This document shows, in pieces, positions 45,388 through 55,206 of a stretch of DNA of 64,000 nt (position 1 is the stretch's first letter; each line of letters begins with the position of its first letter). The notes below the pieces were generated by a model. That model ran no database searches. It worked only from the letters and a program-made list of their open reading frames with translations, and had not been told where the DNA came from. A program made the translations under genes and the position numbers. This stretch comes from a virus. The stretch spans positions 1,010 to 65,009 of the IMG/VR virus record IMGVR_UViG_3300016675_000632. One strand, given 5' to 3'.

Positions 45388-45620
45388 CATACAAAAAACC
45401 AACGCCAAAGGTAAAAAACGGCGAGGTTATAACGCCCCCAAGCCCGCAAATAAAAAAGCAATGGAAATTTATTATAGCGGAATTAGCCGCTACCAAAGAT
45501 ATTTTCAGGCCAGCCAATAGCCCGCTATCTGCTTATGATGCTATGTATAACGCCCCATTCCGAAAAATAATGGAGTTATTGGAAAGCCAAAATATAGATT
45601 ATCTAAACTCCTTACCTTAA
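45348..45620 (+). CDS. gpGT-like -1 frameshift extension
   Basis: The -1 frame reads FAYISALQ...QWKFIIAELAATKDIF...AYDAMYNAPFRKIMELL...SLP to TAA 45620 and fills the gap before 45630. Confidence 0.75.
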   Translation, partial: FAYISALQNTHALAYKKPTPKVKNGEVITPPSPQIKKQWKFIIAELAATKDIFRPANSPLSAYDAMYNAPFRKIMELLESQNIDYLNSLP

Positions 45621-45629
45621 CTTCTTAGA

Positions 45630-46376
45630 ATGGTAAATTTAACCGATTTAGAGCTTTACAGCATATTCGCGGAGATTACCCGCGCCTTTCCAAGTTCGCC
45701 GTTGAACACAAACGGCTACCCTTATTTTATCCAACCTAAAACCTTTGCGCCCATCAGCCAGCCCGCCGATTTGGATAGCGATAACTTCGCAAAAAGCCAA
45801 TCCTATTTATCTAAGCCGTTTTTTTTCAGCAGGGAAAGTGCAAATAAAATAGAAACTTTCTACCCTGCTATAGTGCTGCTGCAAAGGGACGGCGTTATAA
45901 ATTTGGTAGATAATAGTATTTCTACCGATTTTGACCTTTTGTTTTTAGATAAACTTGGCAGCCAAACCAACAGCGCCGCGATAAGTGGCAACACGTTAGC
46001 CAACAGGACGGAAGAAGAGGTTTTGCAAGATTTAAAGCTGCTTTGCAAACAGTTTTTAGACGAAGCCAATAATTTTATTTACGCTACAGTTGAATACCCA
46101 GCATCGGTAATAAAAAACATTTGGGCTTCTGAAAATTACCTTAAACAGCAGAAAATAAGCGGGGATATTGTGAATTATCAGAAAAAAGAAAGCCTCACAA
46201 GCTATTTAGTAAACAGAAACCAAATACCTATAGGCACAATGCTAACCAAAGAAAGCACAGCAGCCCGAACCGTTGGCATAGCTCTTGAGCTAAGGCTCAA
46301 AACTCAAATGTGCCTAAGTCGCCCAAGTTTTGATTATACGCCAGCGAAAAAAGAATTTAACGGTAAAATTTGCTAA
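45630..46376 (+). CDS. Tail completion/terminator-like protein
   Basis: Position and size in the tail operon. Confidence 0.55.
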   Translation: MVNLTDLELYSIFAEITRAFPSSPLNTNGYPYFIQPKTFAPISQPADLDSDNFAKSQSYLSKPFFFSRESANKIETFYPAIVLLQRDGVINLVDNSISTDFDLLFLDKLGSQTNSAAISGNTLANRTEEEVLQDLKLLCKQFLDEANNFIYATVEYPASVIKNIWASENYLKQQKISGDIVNYQKKESLTSYLVNRNQIPIGTMLTKESTAARTVGIALELRLKTQMCLSRPSFDYTPAKKEFNGKIC

Positions 46377-46921
46377 TTATGAATGAGTTGGAATTTGCGC
46401 GACAAATCAAAGATAATTTCTCTGAATTGGGCGAATATCTAAAAGAACAGCTCACCGAAGAACTAATACAACAAGGGCATAAATATACAGGCGCACTAAT
46501 CAAATCAATAGATTACGCGGTTGAGCTATACCAGAAAGAATTAGTTTTATCGTTGAGTTATTATCAATACGGTGCTTATTTGAACAAGGGCGTAAAGGCT
46601 AACAAAGTACCCTTTGGCAAGGGCAACAGCAGCAGCAAGCAGTCGGAATATCTTCGCGCCCTTACCGATTGGGTGATAGGCAAGCGAATAGAAACCAGAG
46701 CCAAACAAGCCTTTGGAGTAGCCATAGCTATAGCCAAAACCCACGCTAAAAAAGGCATACCGACCGTTGGCAGCTTTAAGTATAGTTTGAATGGGCGCAG
46801 GCTCGGTTTTCAAGATTACATTTTATCAACCAAAGAACGGGAAATAAACGAAATTATCCAATCTGGGCTTGAGCGGTCTGTATTTACTACCTTGGATAAT
46901 ATACTAAAACAAGCAGCCTAA
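46370..46921 (+). CDS. Neck/tail completion protein (HK97 gp10-like)
   Basis: TGALIKSI...YGAYLNKGVK...IAKTHAKKGI motif. Confidence 0.7.
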   Translation: MLIMNELEFARQIKDNFSELGEYLKEQLTEELIQQGHKYTGALIKSIDYAVELYQKELVLSLSYYQYGAYLNKGVKANKVPFGKGNSSSKQSEYLRALTDWVIGKRIETRAKQAFGVAIAIAKTHAKKGIPTVGSFKYSLNGRRLGFQDYILSTKEREINEIIQSGLERSVFTTLDNILKQAA

Positions 46922-46948
46922 ATAACCTAAACCCCAAAATTATAAAAA

Positions 46949-48265
46949 ATGGCTATATCAATTATAAGCGAACCATCACAGCTGCCAAGTGCTGCATCTT
47001 TCCCTTTTCGGGTTTATCAGCCTTTGGTTTATTGGGTCGGCATTACAGGCTCACCAAACGCTCCAGCTTGTAAGGCGCAGCTTTATATCAACGGCGTTGC
47101 TTACAAATCACCCCAAACCTCAACGCATATAGACTATGATAGCTTAACAGGAACTTTCAAGTTTAAATTTGATGCCACGAGTTTATTGCGAGATTATGCG
47201 ATTAGCGAGGCAACGTGGGGCGCACTCAACGGGCAAACTGCAACTGTAGCACCAGATGCCAACTCCGCAAATACGGGATTTTACCAAAGAATACTTTTTT
47301 ATTTTGAATTTACAGAATACATAATAACCCCGCCCGACCCAACATTAGAGCCTGCCGATACGGTTACAAGTACAGTAAAGCAGGCTATCAACGCCAAAGC
47401 CGACACCTCAAGCGTTAGCATATATCCTTACGTTGGCGTTTTCCCGTCTTTGTGGCTATCCAATGCGCCAAGAGTAGGCACTACCACGATTAAAGAAATT
47501 GATTTAGCACAGGGCGATTTTTTAACCTACTTTTCGCAAGGTGCGCCCGGAGGATTTACCGAAATGGCAGAGGTTAAAACATACGACGATAACAGCAACT
47601 TAATAGCCACTTATTATTTTAATGTGGGCGTACCTATAGCCGATGCAAACAGATTGCGGCGCGTTGGTTTTGGTCCAACTAATCTAAACAACACCCCAGC
47701 GAGCCAATTTACAACAACCCCAACCTTTCCAATAATTCATAGCGGAGTTTATTTTTACGAGGTAAAAATTGTTTATTGGGAAAAAGCGGGCGGGGGCGTA
47801 CCTTTGCAAGATTTAACCCGATTAGCGCGTTATTATGTTACAAATGGTTGCGAAAAAGTACAATTGTATTATAATAATGAGTTTGGCTCGGACGACAATT
47901 TGAGTTTTGATGTGGATATGTCAGCCGAAGACTACAAGATAAACCAAACGCAATATAATATCCCAATAGTCAATATCATACCCACTATAGAAACGCGGGG
48001 CAGCCAAACGCTAACCTCAAACGCGGAAAGAATTTTTACCTTGCGCGGTAACTTTCACCCAACAGAACAGGCGAGAATAAAAGAGCTACTGAATAGCCCC
48101 AACTTGGCGTTAGTCTTTCCCAATAATCCGACTAAATACATTAAAGTAGTAAATGAAAAAACGGGCATCAATCGCATTAAAAATTCAGACGAGGACGGCG
48201 GCGAAAGTATTGTTTTAGAGTTGGTTTTGCGCCAATCTGCCAAAGATTTTTCACACCAAAATTAA
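46949..48265 (+). CDS. Tail tip/baseplate protein
   Basis: Beta-rich; C-terminal LYYNNEFGSDD...IKELLNSP pattern of Bacteroidota tail genes. Confidence 0.65.
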   Translation: MAISIISEPSQLPSAASFPFRVYQPLVYWVGITGSPNAPACKAQLYINGVAYKSPQTSTHIDYDSLTGTFKFKFDATSLLRDYAISEATWGALNGQTATVAPDANSANTGFYQRILFYFEFTEYIITPPDPTLEPADTVTSTVKQAINAKADTSSVSIYPYVGVFPSLWLSNAPRVGTTTIKEIDLAQGDFLTYFSQGAPGGFTEMAEVKTYDDNSNLIATYYFNVGVPIADANRLRRVGFGPTNLNNTPASQFTTTPTFPIIHSGVYFYEVKIVYWEKAGGGVPLQDLTRLARYYVTNGCEKVQLYYNNEFGSDDNLSFDVDMSAEDYKINQTQYNIPIVNIIPTIETRGSQTLTSNAERIFTLRGNFHPTEQARIKELLNSPNLALVFPNNPTKYIKVVNEKTGINRIKNSDEDGGESIVLELVLRQSAKDFSHQN

Positions 48266-48273
48266 GCCCTTAT

Positions 48274-50610
48274 ATGCAAAATGTAGAAATTTATATCAAC
48301 AATCAATTAGTTGATTATAACGAAAATTCGGGCGTTACAATAGAGTTCAAAAAGGTAATTGATGATTGGCTAAATTTTGGCGGCTCACTCTCAACTGCTG
48401 CCAGCCCTTTGGCTAACAACATAACCATACCAGCGAGCGCAAGAAACAACGCTATTTTATTCAATAGCAACAATAACCTTTCGGATAATTTATACGCTCA
48501 AGCGATTTTGAACACCGTACAAATTTATCTAAACGGGCATATATTATTCACAGGTTCGGGCGTATTGGTAAATGTGGAGTTTAACGAGGGCTTGGCTGTT
48601 GCTTATTCTATAGCGGTAAAATCAACGGCTCAAGATATTTTTGCGGCTATGGAGATTTTATTAACAGATTTGGATATGGGTAACACAGGCAGCACAGTAG
48701 CGGATATTTACGCCAGCCGCACTCCCGTATCCGTAACATCTAATCCCGTAGCTTGGCCACTCGCTAATTTTGGCGGCAACGTAGTTTTTGATGGTGTGCT
48801 ACAGCTAACCAAATGGAGAAATAAAGACGGGGAACGCCCAGCCGTTAGATTTTACAAGATTATAGAATCCTTTGCGCTGCAAAATGGCTATAAAATACAA
48901 GGCGAACTATACAATAACCCGCAGTTTCAAAACGCCTTGTATATGTTCGGTGTGGGCGAGGATTGGGAACGGGGCGATAATTGGCAGGATTATAAAGTTT
49001 ATGCGCGTGTGGGAACGAACCCAATTTACAACAATATCCCCGACGGCTCTTTGTTGTTTTTCCCCGATACTTCGCCACCTTATTATGACCCGCAAAACCT
49101 CAACAATGGCAACTCGTTTGATGCAAGCGCAAACGGTACTTTGGTTATTGATAAAAGCGGTTGGTATGAATTTGAAATTTTGGTAAATAGCCCCGATGAT
49201 GTGGTGTTTGATGTGGTTATAACCAACAGTATCAACAGCAACCCGCAAACGCTTTTTAATGTGCAGCCAAGAAACAAAGTGTTAAGGACGGGGTTAATTG
49301 ATTTTCATTTGCCCGACCCGCTTTTTGGGCAAGAGGGCGACAGGACGCAATTAAGAATTTACGTTTATCGGCTTTCTGGTAGCGGCAATATATCAATAAA
49401 CCCTGATTCGTACTATAAAGCGACAATGAATAAACGGGCGCAATTGGGCGCACCGATTAGGATTGCAAGCTGTTTGCATAAAAGAACGTTTAAGGAGTTT
49501 TTGCGGGACGGTGTTATGCGTATGTATGGGGCTGTTTTAAAGGTTGATAATGTGCTTAAAACTCTCACGCTAGAAAGTCGGTTTGTGAATGATTTGGGCG
49601 AAACTTTCCCTAATTACGTACAAAATTCTTCAAAGTCGTACTACAAAAGCTACGATAGGCCGCCCAAAGTGCTAGACATAGATAACGAAGACGCAACGAC
49701 CACAAACGAAAAACCCTTTGGCGATAATTTGGGATTGTATTTTACCGAAGACTCAAGCGATGGAACGCTAAAAATAGTTAATGCAACCGCGCCTTTTGAT
49801 GACCTACAAAACCCCGTACCCTTATACAGTACTTCTATAGAACTTAGCTTTACAGGCAAAGAGGGGCAAAATTATAATAATTATTTTACCCCGTTGATAA
49901 ACAGCAGGTTTTATGCTTTGCCCGATACTATAGTGCCAAACTTTCTATATTATCCCACTATTTTAGAAAACGAAAGCCTTTTATCTTACAATAGCTTTGG
50001 GGAAAATAGCGGCATAGTTCCAACCTACAAAAGCAGCCCAAAAGCGGCTACTTGGTTCGGAATGTTGGATATGACTTTCAAAGATAGCGGCGCAAATTAT
50101 TATAGTATTTGGGATTATGAAAAACCCATATCGGGACCACTCACAACATTAACCTACGAAATAAGCACAGCCTTTCAAATAGTCCCAGACTATCCGACCT
50201 ATTTTGACCTAATACCCAACCCGTTCAATCTTATATATCCAAGCCTATTTTATACCTTTTCGCCCAGCGCAAACGGTAAGGTTTTAGGCTTATTGGAAAC
50301 TTATTATTACAAATACTTGGCTACTGTGTTCAATGATAAAATAATAAGGGTACGAGCGCGGCTCAAGTTAATAGATTTTTGGGAAGAGGATTTTAGAACG
50401 CCCTTTTTGGTAGAATTGAGCGGGCAAACGGTAAAATGTTGGTGCATAGGGATAGAAAATTATAACCCTATAGAAAGCGAGTTTGCCGATTATACCCTCG
50501 TGGTTGATTTTCAGTATCTAAGGGATTACGAATTTAGCCAAACCAGCAGAAACTTTAAACCACTTATCCTAATGTTTAGCGACCTAACAACGGTAAATGA
50601 CGGGGTATAA
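48274..50610 (+). CDS. Tail tip hub (Tal/gpJ-like) protein
   Basis: 778 aa, N-terminal VEIYINNQLVD motif, adjacent to the tape measure. Confidence 0.65.
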   Translation: MQNVEIYINNQLVDYNENSGVTIEFKKVIDDWLNFGGSLSTAASPLANNITIPASARNNAILFNSNNNLSDNLYAQAILNTVQIYLNGHILFTGSGVLVNVEFNEGLAVAYSIAVKSTAQDIFAAMEILLTDLDMGNTGSTVADIYASRTPVSVTSNPVAWPLANFGGNVVFDGVLQLTKWRNKDGERPAVRFYKIIESFALQNGYKIQGELYNNPQFQNALYMFGVGEDWERGDNWQDYKVYARVGTNPIYNNIPDGSLLFFPDTSPPYYDPQNLNNGNSFDASANGTLVIDKSGWYEFEILVNSPDDVVFDVVITNSINSNPQTLFNVQPRNKVLRTGLIDFHLPDPLFGQEGDRTQLRIYVYRLSGSGNISINPDSYYKATMNKRAQLGAPIRIASCLHKRTFKEFLRDGVMRMYGAVLKVDNVLKTLTLESRFVNDLGETFPNYVQNSSKSYYKSYDRPPKVLDIDNEDATTTNEKPFGDNLGLYFTEDSSDGTLKIVNATAPFDDLQNPVPLYSTSIELSFTGKEGQNYNNYFTPLINSRFYALPDTIVPNFLYYPTILENESLLSYNSFGENSGIVPTYKSSPKAATWFGMLDMTFKDSGANYYSIWDYEKPISGPLTTLTYEISTAFQIVPDYPTYFDLIPNPFNLIYPSLFYTFSPSANGKVLGLLETYYYKYLATVFNDKIIRVRARLKLIDFWEEDFRTPFLVELSGQTVKCWCIGIENYNPIESEFADYTLVVDFQYLRDYEFSQTSRNFKPLILMFSDLTTVNDGV

Positions 50611-50621
50611 AAAACAAAATT

Positions 50622-53600
50622 ATGGCACAAAATAAAATAGTCGCTATCCAATTTAAGGCTGTAGGCTCGGAGGAGATATTAGAGAAGCTAACCAATCTAA
50701 AAGTCCAAACGAAGCAAATAACAGCCGAAATAAAAGAGTTAGAAAAAGCCCAAAAGAAAACCAACGACCCCGCACAAATAAAGGCTTACGAGCAGCAAAT
50801 ACAGCGACTTATTGCCACGCAGGGCGATTTGAAAGCTGAATATACAGCAACCAACAAAGAGTTAAACCTACAGCGCAAGGCTTTTTCTGCTGTTGGTAAC
50901 GCCAAAGGTAGTATAGCGGGCTTGCGGGCTGAATACAACCTGCTAAACGCGCAATTGGATAAACTCTCTGATGCCGACAGAGGCTCGGACTTTGGCAGGG
51001 GCTTAGAAGCGCGGGCAAAGGAAATCAAAGATACAATAGATGATGCCGACCAGCGCATAGGCAACTATAGGGGAAATGTGGGCAGATATGCCGATGATAT
51101 TGTTAAGGCTCTGCGCAGAGCAGGTAGCGAAACTGCTTTTAATGATAGATTAGACAAGCTTAACAAAGAAACCGTAGATTTGGAAAAAGAGGCGGCAGAC
51201 TTAGCCAAACAATACGATAAAACTTTTGAGCAAACAGGCGAAGCATCAGAAGCTGCAAGAAAGAAAATTATCAAGGAGTTGGTAGCCGTCCAAGACCAAA
51301 TAAAGGAAAACCAAAGCAGCATAAAGAACCTAAACAAGGAAATTGAAACTGTAGGCGATTCGGGAAAAGCAGGCAAAGGCGACAAGATAAGCGGGCGTTC
51401 CGTAAAACGGGCGGGCAAATTAGCGGGCTTGGGTGGCTTGGCTGACTTAGCTGGAGGTGCGGTGGATTTGCAGAATATATTGGGCAATTTAGGACCTGCT
51501 GGCATAGCTGCTTTTGGCGTATTCGCTGCTGGTGGGCTGGTGTTCAAAGGCATACAAGCCCTAACGGAACTAAATAAGCAAATTGGGGCGGTTCGTGGGC
51601 AAGTGGCTGAATTATCGGGCGCGTCTGGTGCTGAATTGGAAAAACTAACGGTTGATGTTCGGGCTATAGCTGCCACGTTTGGACAAAGTGAGGACGAAAT
51701 TATCCAACAAACCAAAGAAAGAGCCAAACTAACAGGGCAAAGTTTCCAAGAGGCACTCGGCGAAATACAAGGCGCGTACTTAGAAACAGCCAAAGCCACA
51801 GGCGTATTCACCGACCAAGTAGATGCACAGCTCGCGGCGCAAAAACAATTAGCAGCAGCGCAAAGCGAATTAGCCAACAAATTCAACGATACGGGGCTGA
51901 ACTTAGACTTGCTCACAACGAACCTAAAAACGGGCTTTTTTAACGCGTTGATAGCAATTTATGATACAATTAAGCCAATTATTGATATTTTCGTAGATTA
52001 TGGCAAGGCAATAGGTGGAACGATTAGCCGGATATTCAACTTCTCAAAAGCGACTACCAACTTGGGCGCGGTGTTCAAAATTTTAACCGTACCCGTTCGC
52101 GTGTTGGGCGTGTTGGTCACGAAGTTGTTTGAGGGCGTTAATTTTGTGATTGATAGCTTTTCCCAATTTATCGCAGACAGTCCAAATATACAAGCGGTTT
52201 TCTCTGCTATAGGAGATGCTATCGGGCTAATCGTTGAGGGGTTATCTGCTATACCAGACGGCGTTAGTTCGTTTATAGAGGCAGCAGCAGGCACAGTTCG
52301 CGATGCAGCAAGTTATGTTACGGGTGGATTGATAGACGACAGCGCAACAGCAGCAGCCAAAGCAGATGCAAGGGAAGCGGGCAGAACTATAGCTGAAGGC
52401 TTGGTTGATAGATACGGTGAGGGTATCAAGGAAATAAGCGTTAAAACACAGTTAGAAATCGCGCGGGCTGGCGGAAACGCCATAACCGAAGCATTGCAAG
52501 CTGGTAAGAGTTTGAGCGAGGCTTTCGCCGCAGGATTAAGAGCAGGCGACAAAGAGGCGAGCAAAAGCAATTTAGTTGCTATACGCAAAAAAACGGTTGC
52601 CGAGATAGAAGCCGAAAATGAAAAGTTAGAAGAAGCGCAAAAGGAACGCGAACAGAAAGCAAAACAAGCCGCGCAAGAGGCAGCCAACGAGCGCGAAAAA
52701 CAAGCAAAAGATGCGTTAGAACGCATAAAAGAGGGCAACGCGGCTACACTTTCCCTGCTCAAAGAAAACGCCCGCAAACGCCAAGATTTTGAAACTCAAA
52801 GTATCAAAAATGAATTTGAGCGTAGAGCAGCAGAGATAAACGAGGGCAGCAGTCGCGAACTCCAAGATTTTACAGAAGCGAGCCAAAAAGCAGCAGCAGA
52901 AGTGGCGAAAAGTTTTGAAACCAGCTTACAACTATTTGATGCAGGGGGCGAGGCTGCCGAAGCAATACGCGCCCGTTATGGCAGCAAAGAGGAAATTCAA
53001 CAGGCAGCCCAAGAAGCGGCGCAAAACAACGAGATAGCCATTATACAGCAAACCACGCTTATAAAGAACGCGCGGGATAAACAACTCGCAGAGTTGCAAC
53101 AAAGCAGGGACAAGGCAATACAAGAGGCGGTTAGCGGTATAAATGAAAATGTGTTGAATGATGCGATACAATCCGCCCAATCCAAAGTAAGCGGACAAGA
53201 ACAGCAAAAAGCCATAATTGAATTGGGGCTACAGTTGGACGAACAAAGTATAAACAGCGAGTTAGAAAGGCTCAAAAGCAGTTTAGCAGCCCAAAGAGAT
53301 GCAGGCATAATCAACGCTAAACAGTTCCAAGAGGCGATAAACGTATTGGAAAATTCAGCAGCAGAAGCACAGCTCAAAATACAAGAACGGCGATTAGAAC
53401 TAACCCAGCAGACGGATAGCCAAATTCTACAAAGCAGGCTGGAGTTACTACAAAAAGAACAAGAGGCTGAAATTAACCAAATCAACAGCCAATCTACAGA
53501 AAGACAAGCGGCTTTATTGAAAGACTTTGAAAACGGGCTGCTAACCCTTGAGCAGTACGATAGCGAAAGGGTAAGGATAAGCCAAGCAACAGCAGAGCAA

Positions 53601-54689
53601 ATACTATCAATCCAAGCAGACACAGCAGCACAAAGCGAACTATTGCGGGTTGAGCAAACCAACGCTCAAATAGCAGCAGCCCAAACTGTAGCCCAAACTG
53701 AAGCGGCAATTAATGCAGAATTACAGGCGCAAATACGCGAAGAACGGCAGGCTACATTGGATAATTACGCACAACAAGCGCAAAACCTACAAACGATTTT
53801 TACCGAAACGGCACAAATTGGTAACGATTTATTTACGGCATCGGATAACAAACGAAAGGCAGCTATAGAAGCGCGTTATCAGCAAGAATTAGCAGCAGCA
53901 GGTAATAGCGCAACCGCAGCAGCAGCAGCAGAGGAAAGGAAAGACCAAGCCCTACAAGCTATAGAAAAACAAGCAGCCGAGCGCAAAAGAAAGTTTGACA
54001 TAGGCGCAGCCATTACCAACGGCGCGGTGGCAGTTACTAATATATTAGCAAGCACACCAGACCCAACGGGTATTTTTACGCTTACGCGTATCGCATTGGC
54101 AGCCGCAACTGTAGCGGCACAAATTAAACTTATCAACTCGCAACAGTTTGAGTTGGGCGGAGTTTTACCCTCTGGTGATGGAATGATTAAGGGGAGAAGC
54201 CACGCACAGGGCGGAGTTAAATTTTTAGTAGGCGGGCGAAGTGTTGAGGTTGAGGGCAACGAATATCTACAGACGGACGAATACGGGCAACGGGTGATTA
54301 TCAACAAAAAAAGTAGCACCAACCCCAAATATAGGGCTATCTTAGATTATGTAGCCAATCAATCATTTAGGGGTAAGCGTGCGTTATTATCCCAAATCAA
54401 CCAAATGGGCGGCGGGGTTAAATTTGCTAAGGGCGGCGTTGTTCATCAGCCGATTAGCTACCCGCAAAAATTCGCTGTGGGTGGGCTGTTGCCCAGCTTC
54501 CCGTCTAATTCGCAGCAGATAACGGCGCAAAATCTTGATAAACTTGTGCTGGCTATCACTCAAAGCGTGGGGCAAGTTGCCCAACAATTAGATGCGAATA
54601 TGCGGGCTATAACGGTGCAATTAGACACAGAGGCAGCCGCAAAAAAGGGGAACGAAAATATCGCCCAAAACAAAATAATCACTTTATAA
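50622..54689 (+). CDS. Tail tape measure protein
   Basis: 1355 aa, helical A/Q/E/K-rich; RNVGRY-like motif; C-terminal FELGG...GRSHAQGGV...EVEGNEY. Confidence 0.9.
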   Translation: MAQNKIVAIQFKAVGSEEILEKLTNLKVQTKQITAEIKELEKAQKKTNDPAQIKAYEQQIQRLIATQGDLKAEYTATNKELNLQRKAFSAVGNAKGSIAGLRAEYNLLNAQLDKLSDADRGSDFGRGLEARAKEIKDTIDDADQRIGNYRGNVGRYADDIVKALRRAGSETAFNDRLDKLNKETVDLEKEAADLAKQYDKTFEQTGEASEAARKKIIKELVAVQDQIKENQSSIKNLNKEIETVGDSGKAGKGDKISGRSVKRAGKLAGLGGLADLAGGAVDLQNILGNLGPAGIAAFGVFAAGGLVFKGIQALTELNKQIGAVRGQVAELSGASGAELEKLTVDVRAIAATFGQSEDEIIQQTKERAKLTGQSFQEALGEIQGAYLETAKATGVFTDQVDAQLAAQKQLAAAQSELANKFNDTGLNLDLLTTNLKTGFFNALIAIYDTIKPIIDIFVDYGKAIGGTISRIFNFSKATTNLGAVFKILTVPVRVLGVLVTKLFEGVNFVIDSFSQFIADSPNIQAVFSAIGDAIGLIVEGLSAIPDGVSSFIEAAAGTVRDAASYVTGGLIDDSATAAAKADAREAGRTIAEGLVDRYGEGIKEISVKTQLEIARAGGNAITEALQAGKSLSEAFAAGLRAGDKEASKSNLVAIRKKTVAEIEAENEKLEEAQKEREQKAKQAAQEAANEREKQAKDALERIKEGNAATLSLLKENARKRQDFETQSIKNEFERRAAEINEGSSRELQDFTEASQKAAAEVAKSFETSLQLFDAGGEAAEAIRARYGSKEEIQQAAQEAAQNNEIAIIQQTTLIKNARDKQLAELQQSRDKAIQEAVSGINENVLNDAIQSAQSKVSGQEQQKAIIELGLQLDEQSINSELERLKSSLAAQRDAGIINAKQFQEAINVLENSAAEAQLKIQERRLELTQQTDSQILQSRLELLQKEQEAEINQINSQSTERQAALLKDFENGLLTLEQYDSERVRISQATAEQILSIQADTAAQSELLRVEQTNAQIAAAQTVAQTEAAINAELQAQIREERQATLDNYAQQAQNLQTIFTETAQIGNDLFTASDNKRKAAIEARYQQELAAAGNSATAAAAAEERKDQALQAIEKQAAERKRKFDIGAAITNGAVAVTNILASTPDPTGIFTLTRIALAAATVAAQIKLINSQQFELGGVLPSGDGMIKGRSHAQGGVKFLVGGRSVEVEGNEYLQTDEYGQRVIINKKSSTNPKYRAILDYVANQSFRGKRALLSQINQMGGGVKFAKGGVVHQPISYPQKFAVGGLLPSFPSNSQQITAQNLDKLVLAITQSVGQVAQQLDANMRAITVQLDTEAAAKKGNENIAQNKIITL

Positions 54690-54691
54690 AT

Positions 54692-55165
54692 ATGGAAAAA
54701 AATTTAATTGCAAACTCCCCCATAGAAACAGGTAAAGCCCAAGAGCTAACCGATTATTATAAACTTTGCGGCTCAACTAAGCAATTCTATATGGGCAACA
54801 AAAGCAGGGAAACGATAAAAAAAGAAGCCGAACAATTGGCTGAAACCTGCCGTTTGGATAGCAAGACAAAGCCTGTAGTGATAAACAACAAAGAATATAA
54901 TTTGCCGTACCTGTTTGCTTTATACAGGGCAAACGTTAATCCTAATTTTACGGTTTTAGAGCTATTTGGCTACAACGCTCCGCAAATAGTAAAAATCATT
55001 GTTTTAGGTATTTGGCAAGCTCACCTTCAGTTGTTTAGCGAGCGGAAAGAAAGCGAGCGAAAAAAGGCAAAAAGGCTACTGATATACTGTTTGCGCACTA
55101 TTTTATTTATAGATAGTCGCCAAGTTATACACAACGTTATAAAGCGGCAGAAACTCGCCTTATAA
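54692..55165 (+). CDS. Hypothetical protein
   Basis: ORF track. Confidence 0.7.
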   Translation: MEKNLIANSPIETGKAQELTDYYKLCGSTKQFYMGNKSRETIKKEAEQLAETCRLDSKTKPVVINNKEYNLPYLFALYRANVNPNFTVLELFGYNAPQIVKIIVLGIWQAHLQLFSERKESERKKAKRLLIYCLRTILFIDSRQVIHNVIKRQKLAL

Positions 55166-55168
55166 AAC

Positions 55169-55206
55169 AAAAAGCCCACGCACTAATTGTAGCGTGGGCT
55201 TTTTTT
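55169..55206. terminator. Bidirectional terminator
   Basis: AAAAAGCCCACGC/GCGTGGGCTTTTTT. Confidence 0.85.

Noticed and set aside
50786-54587. Many minus-strand ORFs inside the tape measure gene (e.g. 51065-51916, 52997-53662)
   Set aside because: Typical antisense shadows of GCN/CAA-rich codons; Ser/Cys/Ala-rich with no domain motifs.
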